Assembly (NCBI GenBank): GCA_905178155.1
Contig: CAJINV010000013.1
Coordinates: 2,484,281 to 2,548,280 of the forward strand
DNA length: 64,000 bases
Direction: 5' to 3'
From: Amoebophrya sp. A120
Lineage: Eukaryota; Protista; Dinoflagellata
Below the pieces are notes generated by a model. The model worked only from the letters and a program-made list of their open reading frames with translations, made no database searches and was not told the origin of the DNA. A program made the translations under genes and the position numbers. Shown piece by piece: positions 1-11,574 of the stretch (within the stretch, counting starts at the first letter, position 1; every line of letters starts with the position of its first letter).

Positions 1-8
1 AGTTCAAA

Positions 9-1898
9 ATGGCTCAGGTTTATCCAGTGTCAAACTCTCCTCAGCCAAAAACTGTCATGCTGGCGACGTCTTCTTTTGCAGATCCACGACATGCATGAAT
101 AGCATGACAGATTTTGGCTGTGGAGAAAGTTTGCCATTGGATACGGACACCAAGAAACTGGTTGAGAACGGCGTTCTCTACCTGCAGCGCATGCTCGCCC
201 CGAGCGTCGCCTGCAACTGGCAGCGGCAGAAATTTCCCTTGCGGAAAAAGTGGGCCGAGTGGCGCTGCAAACTGGAGCAGGATGAGGTCTGGATCATGGC
301 TCAGGGGCTCAACTTGGAAGCTGGGTGCTGTAAGCGTGAGATGGGACAGGAGATGGCACAGCTGTCTTGTTCGTGTAGAGTTTTTTTGTTCTCCATGGGC
401 GTTAGCTTCAAGATCCACTGCTCACGTGATGTGCTGCTCTCCCTACATCGTATGAAAGGTTGAAAGTGCTTTGCAGAGGCGGCTCCGCTGTTTCCGCGTA
501 GCCTTTCGCCAACTCCACCAGCCTGGCAGGCAGCATTACAAATTCCCTCTCGATGAGAATTCCGCATGACAGATTTCATATTATGTGCTTTTCCGCATTA
601 CAAATTTTATCAGGCCCTGTTTCTCAAGTGGATGAAGTCGCGCGGGTACAGCGAACAGGTGAAGATGTGGCTGAACAGTGTCCGCTTCAAGCCCGTGGAC
701 CTCGATGACGACGACCGTTTGCTGCTGGTGTCGCAGGCACTTGAAAAGGCGTACACCGAGGACGAGATGTCGTACCACATGCAGCTGGTACATGTTTATT
801 CTGTTAAGGATTCCAATCGGTTCGTATTTCGTATTTGATGATAGCAGCCTTCGTTGATGCTCCTCTGCCGCTGAGCTGGTCGCATTTTCCCGCTTTTCCC
901 CGTGGATAGAAAAACAAACTGCTATCAGGTTTCCCTCGTTCGCGGTACGCTCGACATTGTGATCTTCATGTGCAACCTGCTCGGCAGTGCCCGCTTCGAG
1001 TACCCGGCCGAGTACAGCAAGATGAGTGACCAGGTGTGGCAAAAAACTTTGAACATTCAGACCGATGACAGCACCAAGGGACAGGAGAAAAAAACCTCCT
1101 TTGCGGTACAGTTCTTGCTTATTTTCTAGCTTGAAAACGTTTGAAGTTTAGATTTTGTGATGCAAAAGCGCATAGATGAAGATCGCGACATCATGCAAAT
1201 TGAAAAATCTGTCATGCACAACTCAGGTGTGCTTGACATTCCTGCTGCAGCCCGTCCGCAAGTACGTCACCTACTTCTACCCGTTGACTCTCCAGCGTCC
1301 GAGCCAGCGGATCCAGGGCGGGCGGAACCCCACCCACTCCACCGCGCAGGGCAAGGCCGTCGACCTGTTCCGGCTGATCCATTGGTTGGGGGGCGGGGCC
1401 TTGGTGAAGAAGTTGCTCGGGCCGTTTTCTTCCGGGTGGAGGCACACCGTCGTTATCGACGGCGACCAAGACGAGAGTCAAGTACGCAGCGGCTTGGGGC
1501 TTGGGTTGGTGTTATGCTCAGTCACGAGACTGGGCATACACCACCGCCTTAGCAACATCGTCAACCGCATCTACATCGGCCTCGCCCGGGTCCGCGAGTG
1601 TCTCCGCGACTTCCTGCGGGGGCAGTACGCCCGCAATTCGCTCCGGGGTGCATACGAAGATGCGCGGCAACGTTTGATCTCGAAGTGCCTGGACGAAGGG
1701 TTTCGCCTGCAGCGGGTGGAGCGGCAGACCGGGCTTTCGACCCTCGAAGCCTTGAAAAAATGTACTCTATTTATTGTGATTTCTAGCATAACAAACTCTA
1801 TTTCTAGCATAACAAATTCTATTTCCATCTCGCATGAACATGTACGAAAAGAAAAGCGCGCACTTCGGTTCATCGGAGTTTGCTTTTGGAAAAGCTAA
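9..1898 (+). CDS. Multi-exon hypothetical protein (gene A); 5' and 3' limits uncertain
   Basis: Coding-like segments joined in frame by phase-0 GT-AG introns 287-613, 788-928 and 1034-1250 (LEQDE|ALFLKW, YHMQL|VSLVRG, MSDQ|PVRKY), plus an IR-bounded intron at about 18-145. No family recognised. Confidence 0.6.
21..143. mobile_element. Introner-like TIR element (TATCC ends) in gene A
   Basis: TATCCAGTGTCAAACTCTCCTCAGCCAAAAACTGTCATGCT (21-61) is the imperfect reverse complement of 101-143. No clean TSD. Likely intron 18-145 (GT..CG). Confidence 0.75.
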
Positions 1899-2569
1899 AA
1901 GCGCAAGCTTTGTCATGCAAAGTTGCAAGCTTTTCCGTTTTCAAAGTTGCGCGCTTTCGACTTGGAGATAATCTCCAAAAAGTTGCTTTTTGGAAATGAC
2001 TTGTCTTCGTCACTCGGAGAAAAAAGGGTCAAAAAATTGTTTTGAAACGGGGCAAAAAGTGCAAAAAAACCAAGGTCTTTTGCTTTGGAAAATTGCGACT
2101 GACGAACTTTTTTATCCCGAGCTATTGCCAAAAAAAGCAACTGCGACAAACTTTCTAATCCCCACCTAAAACTGCTTTTTTTCCTATTTCAAAAAGTTGC
2201 TGTTTTTTTTTTCCCCCACCTATATGCAAACGAAAAGTGCTAAAAAAAACTGTCCGTCACTGCGAGAAAAATCGCGTGTACCGGGCGGATTCCAATTTCT
2301 TTATTTTTTTCATTTTCAAAAAGTTGCACTGTTTCAAGTAGCGACGAACTTTTTCCCCCACCTGAAACTGATTTTTTCTTTGCTCAGTCACTGCAAAAAA
2401 TGTGATGATTCGTGTTTCGGTGGGGGGTCCAAAAAAATTCCGAGCGCGCGAAAAAAAAACAGTCGAGTGACTTTGAAAATGAATGCTCAAGCACCAACTT
2501 TTGAAAAATCTTTTTCGATGTTTCGAATGCAAATAAAATCTCGAAATCACAGGTGCGTCGCTCACGAAC

Positions 2570-5500
2570 ATGGTCGAAGCGAGGTGGTTCGCCGAGTGGG
2601 CCGTTGCTAAATGGATGCTGCGGAACCGCGAGGCTGTCATCGCCATCCTGAAGGAAATGTTGTCGCAGGAAAAAGGAACCCGCGGGCGGATTGCGCCGGA
2701 CGAGAAGGGCTACCCGTCTCGATATGACGACGGTGAGCCCGTGGAGTTCCTGGATTTATTTCCGCAGCCGCTCGTGCTCACGGAGGAGGGCGAGGTGCTC
2801 GGGATGAGCACCGACGTTTTCAACGCCGACACAGGTCAGATGGTTGCCGCCGAAGCGGATCGCGACGCCACGATGACGGATTTCGAGAACCAGCTCGTCG
2901 TGAGTGCCAATGGCCAAGAACCGCTGCCGGGTTTTCTTTTGCCCCCGGAAGTCGGCGATGCGATGGAAGTCGATCAAGAGGCGGCTCCTGCTGCGCCCGA
3001 AGTTGCTGTTCCGCTGGAGGATGAACTGCTGAGCGAGAACGTTCCGGATCCCAACGATCCGGATCCGATTGCGGCGGAGGAGAATGTGGACCAAGAAATA
3101 CGAAGTGCAAAACTTTACCGCAACACTCCAAATTTGAAAACAGAGAACTAAAATCTCGCATGACAGATTCTTTCACTCCGAACTTCTGTTTTCAAATATC
3201 CGGGTGGCGGTAAAGTGTGCACTTTCATAACTTGAAAACGGCGACAACAACCGTCGCGGGAACGGCCGCCGCACCGACCGCCAGAGAACGCAGGACTTGC
3301 TCGATGCGCTGGAAAATGTCGAGGAGGACACCGCCCAGCACTACTCGAACTGCGTAAAAACCTACCACGACTTCCACAGCATGCACATGTCCGTGACCGG
3401 TGGTGCGCTGCAGGATCCGATCAAGAAGCAGGAACTGAAGGCCACGCACGGCGCAACATTCCCGTGGGCCAATTTGGAGGAAAACCACCACGAATTCTTG
3501 GTCTCCGTGGAAACCCACATGCCGGACTTCCTGCTGCAGGCCATGCGGGACACGGTGGAACACGTCCACGACATCCGGGAATTGTACGCGGTGATCACGA
3601 TGCTGGTGTTCACCATGAGGTATTACCTCTATGTGGCCTTTGATCCGTGCTACAATTTGTGGTATTCGATTGCGTACCGCACCGGATTGTCCGACCAGCA
3701 CATCACCCACGAAGCGGTCCGCGCCGATGTGCTCCGGGAAGAGAAGAACCCGCTGCACCGCCGCAAGCTCAGCGTTTTTGCCAAATACATGCGCAGCTTG
3801 CTCAATAACGATTATGAGCTTGCAGAGGAGGTGCTGAAATTGGTGTGCATCTCCGGCGCAACCGGGGACTTTGAAGGCGAGCGGCACTGGAGGTACGCCA
3901 GTGTCGCACAGAAGATTTTCCGCAACCTCGCCGGCCGGTTCCGTTTGAGCTTCGGCCGCCTCCGCTGGGCCGAAAAGTGTATGAATTTGTACGAGAAGAT
4001 TCCGAGCTTGTGGGGCTCGGAGACCCGCCACTCCCCCGCCCCGGTGTCCCAGATGCGCTCGATGTTGAGTCTCGTGACCAACCCGGTGTCCACGGAGTTG
4101 TTCAAGGATGAAGTTGCCCGGGTTGCGAAAACTTCTCCTCCGCTGCAGGCGCAGTTCAAAGCCCTCGAGGACCTGCGGAACAGCCACCCGCTGCCGGCGC
4201 CGATGCAGGAGATTTGCGACCGGGTCCGCTCTGAGAATATTCGATGAAAAAGCCTCCTTTTCCAAAAATCTGTCATGCAAAATAGTTACATCTTGGATTG
4301 GTACAAAAACCCAGTTCTGCATAGCTAATTCTTGGAAAAGGAGTTTTTAAATCGGCATAATTTCTCTGAGCACCGACATCTCGTGCAGCGCCATCACGTA
4401 TTTCAAGCCGGGCCTGGAGATCGCTGGCCATTTGAAAGCCAGCAGGGTGGAAGACGAAAAGGACATCCCGATCCTCGAAGAATGTGGAAAGCGGGTATGG
4501 GAGTGAATTTCTGGATCACCAAGCACACATTTGTCATGCGTAAATAAAACAGTCTTTTGCAATGCAAAGAAGCAAGAAGTGGTTATTTGTGTGTCTTGGT
4601 TTTCCAGAAATTCACCTGCGTATCTGGTTGATGATTTCCTCCGCCTCCGCCACCGCACCAACAAGCACAAGCCGTTGTGTGCTATCGACGAGGAGGACGG
4701 CACGCAGGGCATGGCCATGTGGTTGGTTTTGGGAATCACGGGGGGATGGTGGTTCGGAGTGTCCATGGCGCGCATGTTGGGCAACCAGTTGGTCTTCATT
4801 TTGGATCCGGATTCGATGCAGCCTGGCTGGGGTTTGACGGCCCACCTCTCCTTCATGGAGATACGAATTGAAAATTTGTGTTGCAGATTGTCAAGCTCCG
4901 TTTCTAGAATGTCCTGCATGAAAACCGAGTTTGTCATGCAAAAATGATATTTCTAGTTGCCTCCGCTGCTGCAACGCAAATTTGTAATGCATACCTCGAC
5001 TACAAGATCTCCTTCTTCCACGGACAGGCGCGGTTCCATTTCGATACTGCGAACTTCGTCGAGTTCAAGGTGGCTTTGATGGAAGCAGTGGGGCACCTGC
5101 CGTCCACCATCTTGAAGGATGTGGTGCGGATCTACACCGGGTTGGAGATCAAAAGCGAGCCCCCGGCGGCTACTCTGCGCGAGATTCTGATGCAGCTGGT
5201 CGACGAGTCTCGTCCGATCGAGGCCTGCAAGGAGCGGGTCCGTCAGCTGCTGGAGGACCGTGCCGTGGAGTTGAGCGGAATCAACGACGAACCGCTGCTG
5301 AAGCGCCGCCGCAAGGAGCGGATGAACAAAAAGGGATCGATTTTGGACTCGATCCCGGAAGCTGCCGGTGACCGCAAGGACCGCACCGAGCTTGGCCGGG
5401 TTATGAATACCTTGCAATGGGCGGTCGTCTGCACCTGTTGCAACGAAGATGTCTTCCTGGTCCGCCGCAGTATCCGCCGCACCGGCAGTGGCGGCGCGAT

Positions 5501-5777
5501 GTTGCGGTCCATCTGGCCGGCCAACGCCGACTTTTCTGTGCTGGATAAGAAGCCGCAGATGACGACCACCATCGCCGGACGCACGGACATGATCAAGATT
5601 ATCGAGAACACCTTCTGCTACGCCGCCCGCCGGTTCCACTCCTTGACCTGCAAGGACTGCGACGAGCTGATTGTCCAGGAGCGCAGCATGAAGAACCGCG
5701 TGGACGAGGTCCTGGACATGGCTGCGGATTTTCTCCCGGACAGTGATGACGATGATAATGAGGACCTGTTTGGCTAG
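2570..5777 (+). CDS. Five-exon hypothetical protein (gene B) with C-terminal CxxC...CxxC putative zinc-binding domain
   Basis: Long ORFs 2570-3094, 3234-4232, 4366-4500, 4618-4857 and 4998-5777 join in frame after removing four IR-bounded segments. CTCC and CKDC pairs near the C-terminus. Confidence 0.7.
3095..3233 (+). mobile_element. Non-canonical IR-bounded intron (introner)
   Basis: ~45-bp arms (AAGTGCAAAACTTTACCGC...TTTGAAAACAGA and its inverse), GAAA direct repeat; removing 139 nt gives NVDQ|ENGDNN. Confidence 0.8.
4233..4365 (+). mobile_element. Non-canonical IR-bounded intron (introner)
   Basis: Arms CTCCTTTTCCAA / TTGGAAAAGGAG; contains the stop of the 316-aa ORF; removal gives VRS|LSTDISC. 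Exact junction ambiguous by a few nt. Confidence 0.7.
4501..4617 (+). mobile_element. Non-canonical IR-bounded intron (introner)
   Basis: Arms GTGAATTTCTGGA..ACCAAG / CTTGGT..TCCAGAAATTCAC; removal gives KRVW|AYLVDD. Confidence 0.72.
4858..4997 (+). mobile_element. Non-canonical IR-bounded intron (introner)
   Basis: Arms GAGATACGAATTGAAAATTTGTGTTGCAG / CTGCAACGCAAATTTGTAATGCATACCTC; removal gives LSFM|DYKISF. Confidence 0.8.
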
Positions 5778-7340
5778 GCTCAGAGCTGCCTGCAGTGGTG
5801 GTTTCACAAGTAGATCGCGATCTACAGATGCGATCTACATCAAATAACGTATACAAAACTTCGATTTTATTTTACAACCAAAGATGGTTGCAGTTTTCCA
5901 TTCTGGTCTAGATCTCATGGTCGAGTAAAAACATATTTATTTTTTCTACCGACAACACAAAGACCAGATGGCCACTCAGCATGACAAATTCTTAGATTTT
6001 TTTGTACTTGTTATTTCTAGGTCCACCAGGCTTGCAGTCTTTTGCCTAGAAAGTCGCCACTGCTGCTGCTCTATCCGCAGCTGTTTGTGGTGGGGTAGTT
6101 GTGTCCTCCGGGGTGGCTTCTTTTCCGGTATTTGTATTGCGTAGAAGCAAACAAACTTATGAGAAAACGGCACCAGAATCGCACGACACCTTCACAAAGA
6201 GAAGTACGAAGAGTAAGAACCTAGACAGACTGCATCAAAACACTGCTCTTTTGCTGTTGCTGTAGGCCTAGGCTTCTCAGCACCGCCTCTGTATCAGTGG
6301 ATTTTCATTCAAGAAGAAACTACGCGTGAGATTTATTCGATTTGAAAATTTTCAGGACGACTTCGCTTCTGGTCCGTGAAGAGGTAGCTGGGGTGCAGCT
6401 GCTCTGTGGTCTCAAGGACCACGATGAAACTTTGGGAACTCAACATGAAGAACTTTTACGGGATTAGCTCGGGCATTTTTCAAATGAAAACACTGCTTGA
6501 GTTACTTGCTCGGAACCGCCTATGAGTATTTCCCTCCCGCCAGCACCTGGCGAGCAGAATCTGTCATGCTGCCACCAGCTTGTTTGTCGTCTTCTGCTTT
6601 CCGTTTCGTCTCTTGCTGGTGCGCTGTCTTCTGCTCCTTGATCCAGAAATTCCAACTCTTTCACCGAAGAAGCAGCAGCTCGACAGATAATGTGCTCGAT
6701 AGCATCGTAGGTTGTAGGCGATCCGGAAATATGGTTGTAAATTTTCCGGCTCCCATGTGGTACAGAGAGGGCTTCAAGTCATCAGATCTAGGGGCGCCAG
6801 CGGGTTGTTGGCATTGTCGATTTTATTCAGCATCTGCTCCAGGTTGTCCGCTTGACCGATTTCCTCTTTTCCCAAAAAATATTCTTCACACCAGGACTGC
6901 TTGGGTTTTAGGATGTAGCTGAGATGGTGTGGGTAGAGTGTGAGAGTTCCGGACCACCGTAGCCTGTGATTATGTTTGATAATTAATATTTTGCACGACC
7001 GTAATCCATAGAGTGGCTGAAACCCCACATACATGAGCCTTGCGATTTTTCCCATGGAAAAAGCCTGCATTTCCGGCGGTTACTGTAGCGGGGCGGTGCT
7101 GCTGCTCAAGCTACCTACGGTGACCAGCGCAGGACATAGTCATCACCTCCTGCAAACACACAAATCACGAAAAGAGTCCGTACATTGGGTCTGCCGGTGG
7201 TATGGAAATGAAAAACTCACTACCTACCACTGCTCCCTTCACTTCCGCCCCTTGAAAGGCGTCCGCTGGGCGCCTTTTTACTGCATTGTGCATGAGAAAC
7301 GGCCTCTTTGATGCGCTGCGCATGACAAACTGCCTTTTTA

Positions 7341-8466
7341 TCAGCTATTTCTGCATGACAAGCTGCGAACACATGCAGGCTCGCCGTGTTTTACTACTGG
7401 AGAAGTGAAAACGCAGTAGGAGGTAGTGGAATTTTTCAAGAGGTATGACTGGGGGCCAGGTTGTTGTTCACGAGCTCTTGAATCGGTAGAAAATAGGTCC
7501 CGGCATAGTCGTGGTCGGGGCCAGTGTTGCTCCGCACGTGGAGGAGAAGCACGTCCAGGCTCTGCACGGTGAAGCCTTGCCCACTCTTCCTGGTATTTTT
7601 GTTTTAATACATTGATACTTCGATGCTTAGAAACTGGTCGCATGCGTTCACTTTCCAGTCCAAAAACTATAAAAATATCAACTGCCTGCGCATCACAAAT
7701 CGTCTCGATTCTTTTTGCCCTAGAGCATGCAGCAAAGCCACGGGGTAAAGGGGCAATACCTGGCGGCACTGGCTCGGATGCCACTTACCTCGCCGTGGCC
7801 GTTGAGCTTGAGCTTTGCGGTTCGCTCCTGGCAGCGGAATCTTTGGCCTCCGTGGACGAGAAACCCGTCCTGCACGACAAACCCGATGGGGTTGGCAGTG
7901 TAGTGGTAGCCTGCGGCCGCGGCTTCTCTAGAGAACTGCAGCCGCATGCGCTGCTCCGCGGCCTGGTTGCGGGTGGTTACGTTGTTGTGCCCCAGCGCAG
8001 CCACGGCATGAATTCCGAACCCCTGCCAATGGCCGCGGAGCCGGTCCGCGACCTCGGTGATAGGGCACCACCACTGCGGGTCGCGCAGGTCCACCATCTC
8101 CCAGTCGTAGAACCGGCTAACCGGCACCACAATCGCGCGGCTCCGGCGCTTTGTCGTGAAGCCGAGGACGATCGAATTGGCGTAGTGGAAGCGGTTGCGG
8201 ATAATCATACTTTTAAGGCTCCGGAGCCACTGTTTCAGCTCGCTCCAGGAGCCTTTAATCTGCAGCATCATGCCCAGATTCCCGCCTAGCTGCGGGTTGT
8301 TTTGGTCCTCCATATTCGGGTCAGCGGGCGGGGCATTCAGGAAAGGGTTCGTGATGGCCAGATCAGCACGAAACTCCGGCGTTTCAAGGATGGTAAAATC
8401 CGCCTGCAGCAGGGTTCTGGCCTTCTCGATAGACCAGAGCTCGACACTCTTCGGGAAAGAGCCCAT
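7341..8466 (-). CDS. Putative PD-(D/E)xK-fold endonuclease, possibly two tandem nuclease domains; spliced, 3' end uncertain
   Basis: RADLAI...MMLQIKGS (D...QxK) and a second VQDGFLV...RCQERTAK pattern; GTAAGT donor near 7788; next segment contains VDIFIVF. Confidence 0.45.
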
Positions 8467-9116
8467 TTTGCGGCCGATTCAGGTGGGTCGGGCTGCTTCT
8501 GGGGTGGTGAGGTAGATACTAGGTGGGTTTGGCTTCTAAAAGGGTCGTATTTTGGTGAGCCTCTAGGGAGGGAGGCTTGGCTTTGGTGGTGCTTTTTCAA
8601 GGGATTTGCGGGCAAACGGAGCGCCAGCCTTACGGCTTTTGGGTCCTGTTGGCGTCTAGATATGATGTCCCCGTGGGGCTTAGGGTATTGCTGGCTCTAG
8701 GGCCAATATATAGTCGTATATAAGGCACCGATCCTCCCTCACCATAAATACACAGGTACCCGGCTGCTGTGCTCGGGCCCAGACCGACACTTCCTGCAAT
8801 AGCTCAAGCCGACCAGTATCTACTTCGCATGCGGACTCCGCCCGTGTTACGAGGTGGGGCCAGAAATCTGCAAGAGCAACAACTGGACTCGAAGCTTCCG
8901 GACGGGCCCAGGATGATCCGCCTCTCTCTTCTTAACTAGTTAAGGGAACCAGCTTCATCAAACTAGCCATGCAAGACGTGATGAAATAGATAGCTCAACA
9001 TTCAGAAATCAAAAACCAAAAGCTTACCTGAGCATCAAAATAAATTTTCAATTTACCTAATTTTTTTTTCGAAAAAAAAAAAATAGTGACTGTGACGAAC
9101 TTTTTTCTTTCAATAG

Positions 9117-9728
9117 ATTCACGACGAGACGAAGTTGGAACTCGTGCAGCTGTTGGTCAAGGAGTACCATGCCGATCCGAACCAACCCACTATCGGGGAG
9201 TACAAGCGCACGCCGCTGCACTGGTGGCTTTTTTCCGCGAGCGCCGACCGGGACAAGATTTTACAGTTCCTCATCGAGGAGGGCGGCGCGGACCCGTTTT
9301 TGTTCACGGAGAACAGTGCGAAAAACGAGGACGCGTTTCTGCTCGTGTTGCAGAACAACTTCGGTTTGATCGGATCGGAAGGGGGGCCGAACAGTGGCAG
9401 GGAGCTGGCTTTGACCATGCTGGACTGGTGGGCCAAGTGGAAGAAGAACGAAATTTCATCTGCGAGTAACAAGAACAACGGTGCTGGAAGTGGAACTACT
9501 TCTACGGGAGCTGGTGGCGCAGCTGCTAGTACAACTCGCGAAGGGGGAGTAGAGATGATGAACAAGAAGAATCAGTCGGAGCAGCAAGTAGCGGGCGATG
9601 CGGCTTCTGCTCTGCTTGCCCTGGAGCAAAGCACCGAGGAGCTGATCGAAAAGTTGCTGGAGAAGGTCGAAAGTAAGAAGAAACAAATCCTGTCGCACAC
9701 CACCAAGCGATCTGCGGATGATTTGTAG
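9117..9728 (+). CDS. Terminal exon of an ankyrin-repeat protein (5' exons not found)
   Basis: Polypyrimidine acceptor ending CAATAG at 9116; LELVQLLVKEYHADPN...RTPLHW...ILQFLIEEGGADP is ankyrin consensus. Confidence 0.75.
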   Translation: MHDETKLELVQLLVKEYHADPNQPTIGEYKRTPLHWWLFSASADRDKILQFLIEEGGADPFLFTENSAKNEDAFLLVLQNNFGLIGSEGGPNSGRELALTMLDWWAKWKKNEISSASNKNNGAGSGTTSTGAGGAAASTTREGGVEMMNKKNQSEQQVAGDAASALLALEQSTEELIEKLLEKVESKKKQILSHTTKRSADDL

Positions 9729-11574
9729 GAGACGAAGCGCATTCAAACAAGAAAGAAAAAGATTCGAGGATGATATTAAACTTCGTCGAGAACATACAAC
9801 TTCTGGCTCGGGGGAAGCAAGGGCCTGGAAAGCGATATACTTTTACGACCACTACACTGCGTCTAAGATGAGGGAGCTAACCACGTGTAATATCAAGAAC
9901 TTAATTACCATTACTTACCAGAAACGGCCACCAGACGTAGCAACCGGACTTTCTTCTTCGTGTGTACCACGATAGCAGAAAACGAACTGCGGCACAGGCA
10001 CCTCTGTCCACAGAACTTTTTTGATGCGATTTTTACGGCGTAAAGAAGTGGCAAAAAGATACTACCTATGGCGCAGCAGAGCATCAACCACAGCAACTCG
10101 CGTAGACAACCAGTTTTTCTTCGATCACAAATAACTCCTTTTCTACACGTCCTGCTGCTGCTCATCGAATCAAGCTTTTCTTGACTTTTCCTGCGAGGGC
10201 AGGGAGAAAATAGCACCATTTCTGCAGCTCAGATCGAGCTCATGTATTGCGACATAATAATATAGTCTGCTGCCGCGACGAGGCGCTGCGCGGCGCTAAT
10301 TATATCATTTGCATTTCAGCGACACTACTAATCTTCAACAACGGATGCTTCTGTATTGAGGCACAGGCATACTTACAGCGACTTTTTCCACTGGCGACAA
10401 CTCAACGAACTTTCAACAATCTGGAAGATTATCATGCGAATGTATTTTCGTTCCAAGAAGTAGACGAGCACCGTAGAAGCCACAAGCCACCAAGCGAAAA
10501 AAGAAGGCAGCATGATAGTTTGTTATTTCCCACGGTATAACACACTGTAGCTGTACACTATTTTGCAATCGGACCACTTTCATACTAGAGACTGAATCGC
10601 GCTATTTCATTTCCAAGAGGAAGAACTCCGTTCTCTCTCATCTTCTGCAGCTTTGTGTATTCCGCAGAACGTAGCAAAAGTCGCAGAACCACTGGATCAA
10701 GCTACTCCACCTCCGGCTTTCAAAGTAAAGCTTTGTGTATTCATGGAACTACAGTGCTGCTGGGGATCTTCGGGAACAAGAAGACGCCACGTTTTATTCT
10801 GTAGCAGCTACTTTTTGGCACCAGCGGATTCACCGTGATGTTCTTCATCCTACATGGTGCGCATACTATTTTTTACTTGTCGGTGGTGCGAGGACGTAAA
10901 AAAATGGGATTTTTTCGATATTTTGATCTTTTGCCAAGGTACGGCAGCGGCGCGTAGTTTTTTTTGCTTGGGTAATTTTCGCTTTCTGCCGCGATGGATT
11001 TTGACACAGATGTTGATCATTGCGTGGTCGTCTCGTTCTCGTCTCCACGACTCAGAATAAAACGCAACCGACGGTCGCATAATGATTTTTTGTCCACACA
11101 CGACCAAAAGCATCTGGACCGATCAATTTTCATTCACGACGCTACTGAAAGAAATAAAGATCAACTCTCGGTCAGAAGGTCCTATTTGTCCTCTTTGTTC
11201 CCACCGCGAAGATGATCCTCGAAAGTGATATAGCAAAGAAAATGTGCACGAAGGTATCTTTGTTCGGTTTGTACAATCGAGTTGCCGTTGCGGTATGGCG
11301 CGTTTTTGAATAAAATTCATTCACGTTTACCTCTTTAGCACAGACATGACATACAGTCAGCGACATTCTACTTGTACGTATGTAATATAAACATTTTTTT
11401 CAAAGTCAAGCCTTATTTAACAACCCCGTGTACTGTAGTGAGTGTTGAATTAAAACCCTATGAGTAGTAGAGCACGACGTGCAATAGATCGTGCTATTTG
11501 GACCACATTTAGTACTGCAGTAGGAATCGCGACTCATTCTCTTCTATCCGAGTGATAATTTTTTCCATTCCATC

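Noticed and set aside
5-14. AGCCATTTTG on the minus strand resembles part of the dinoflagellate spliced leader
   Set aside because: Only 10 nt match and the flanks disagree; no convincing SL relic seen.
3225-5807. Minus-strand ORFs of 365 and 284 aa
   Set aside because: Antisense shadows of GC3-rich plus-strand exons.
5810-5825. 16-bp perfect palindrome GTAGATCGCGATCTAC after the gene B stop as a terminator
   Set aside because: Eukaryotic context, no U-tract; a single short palindrome is not enough for a call.
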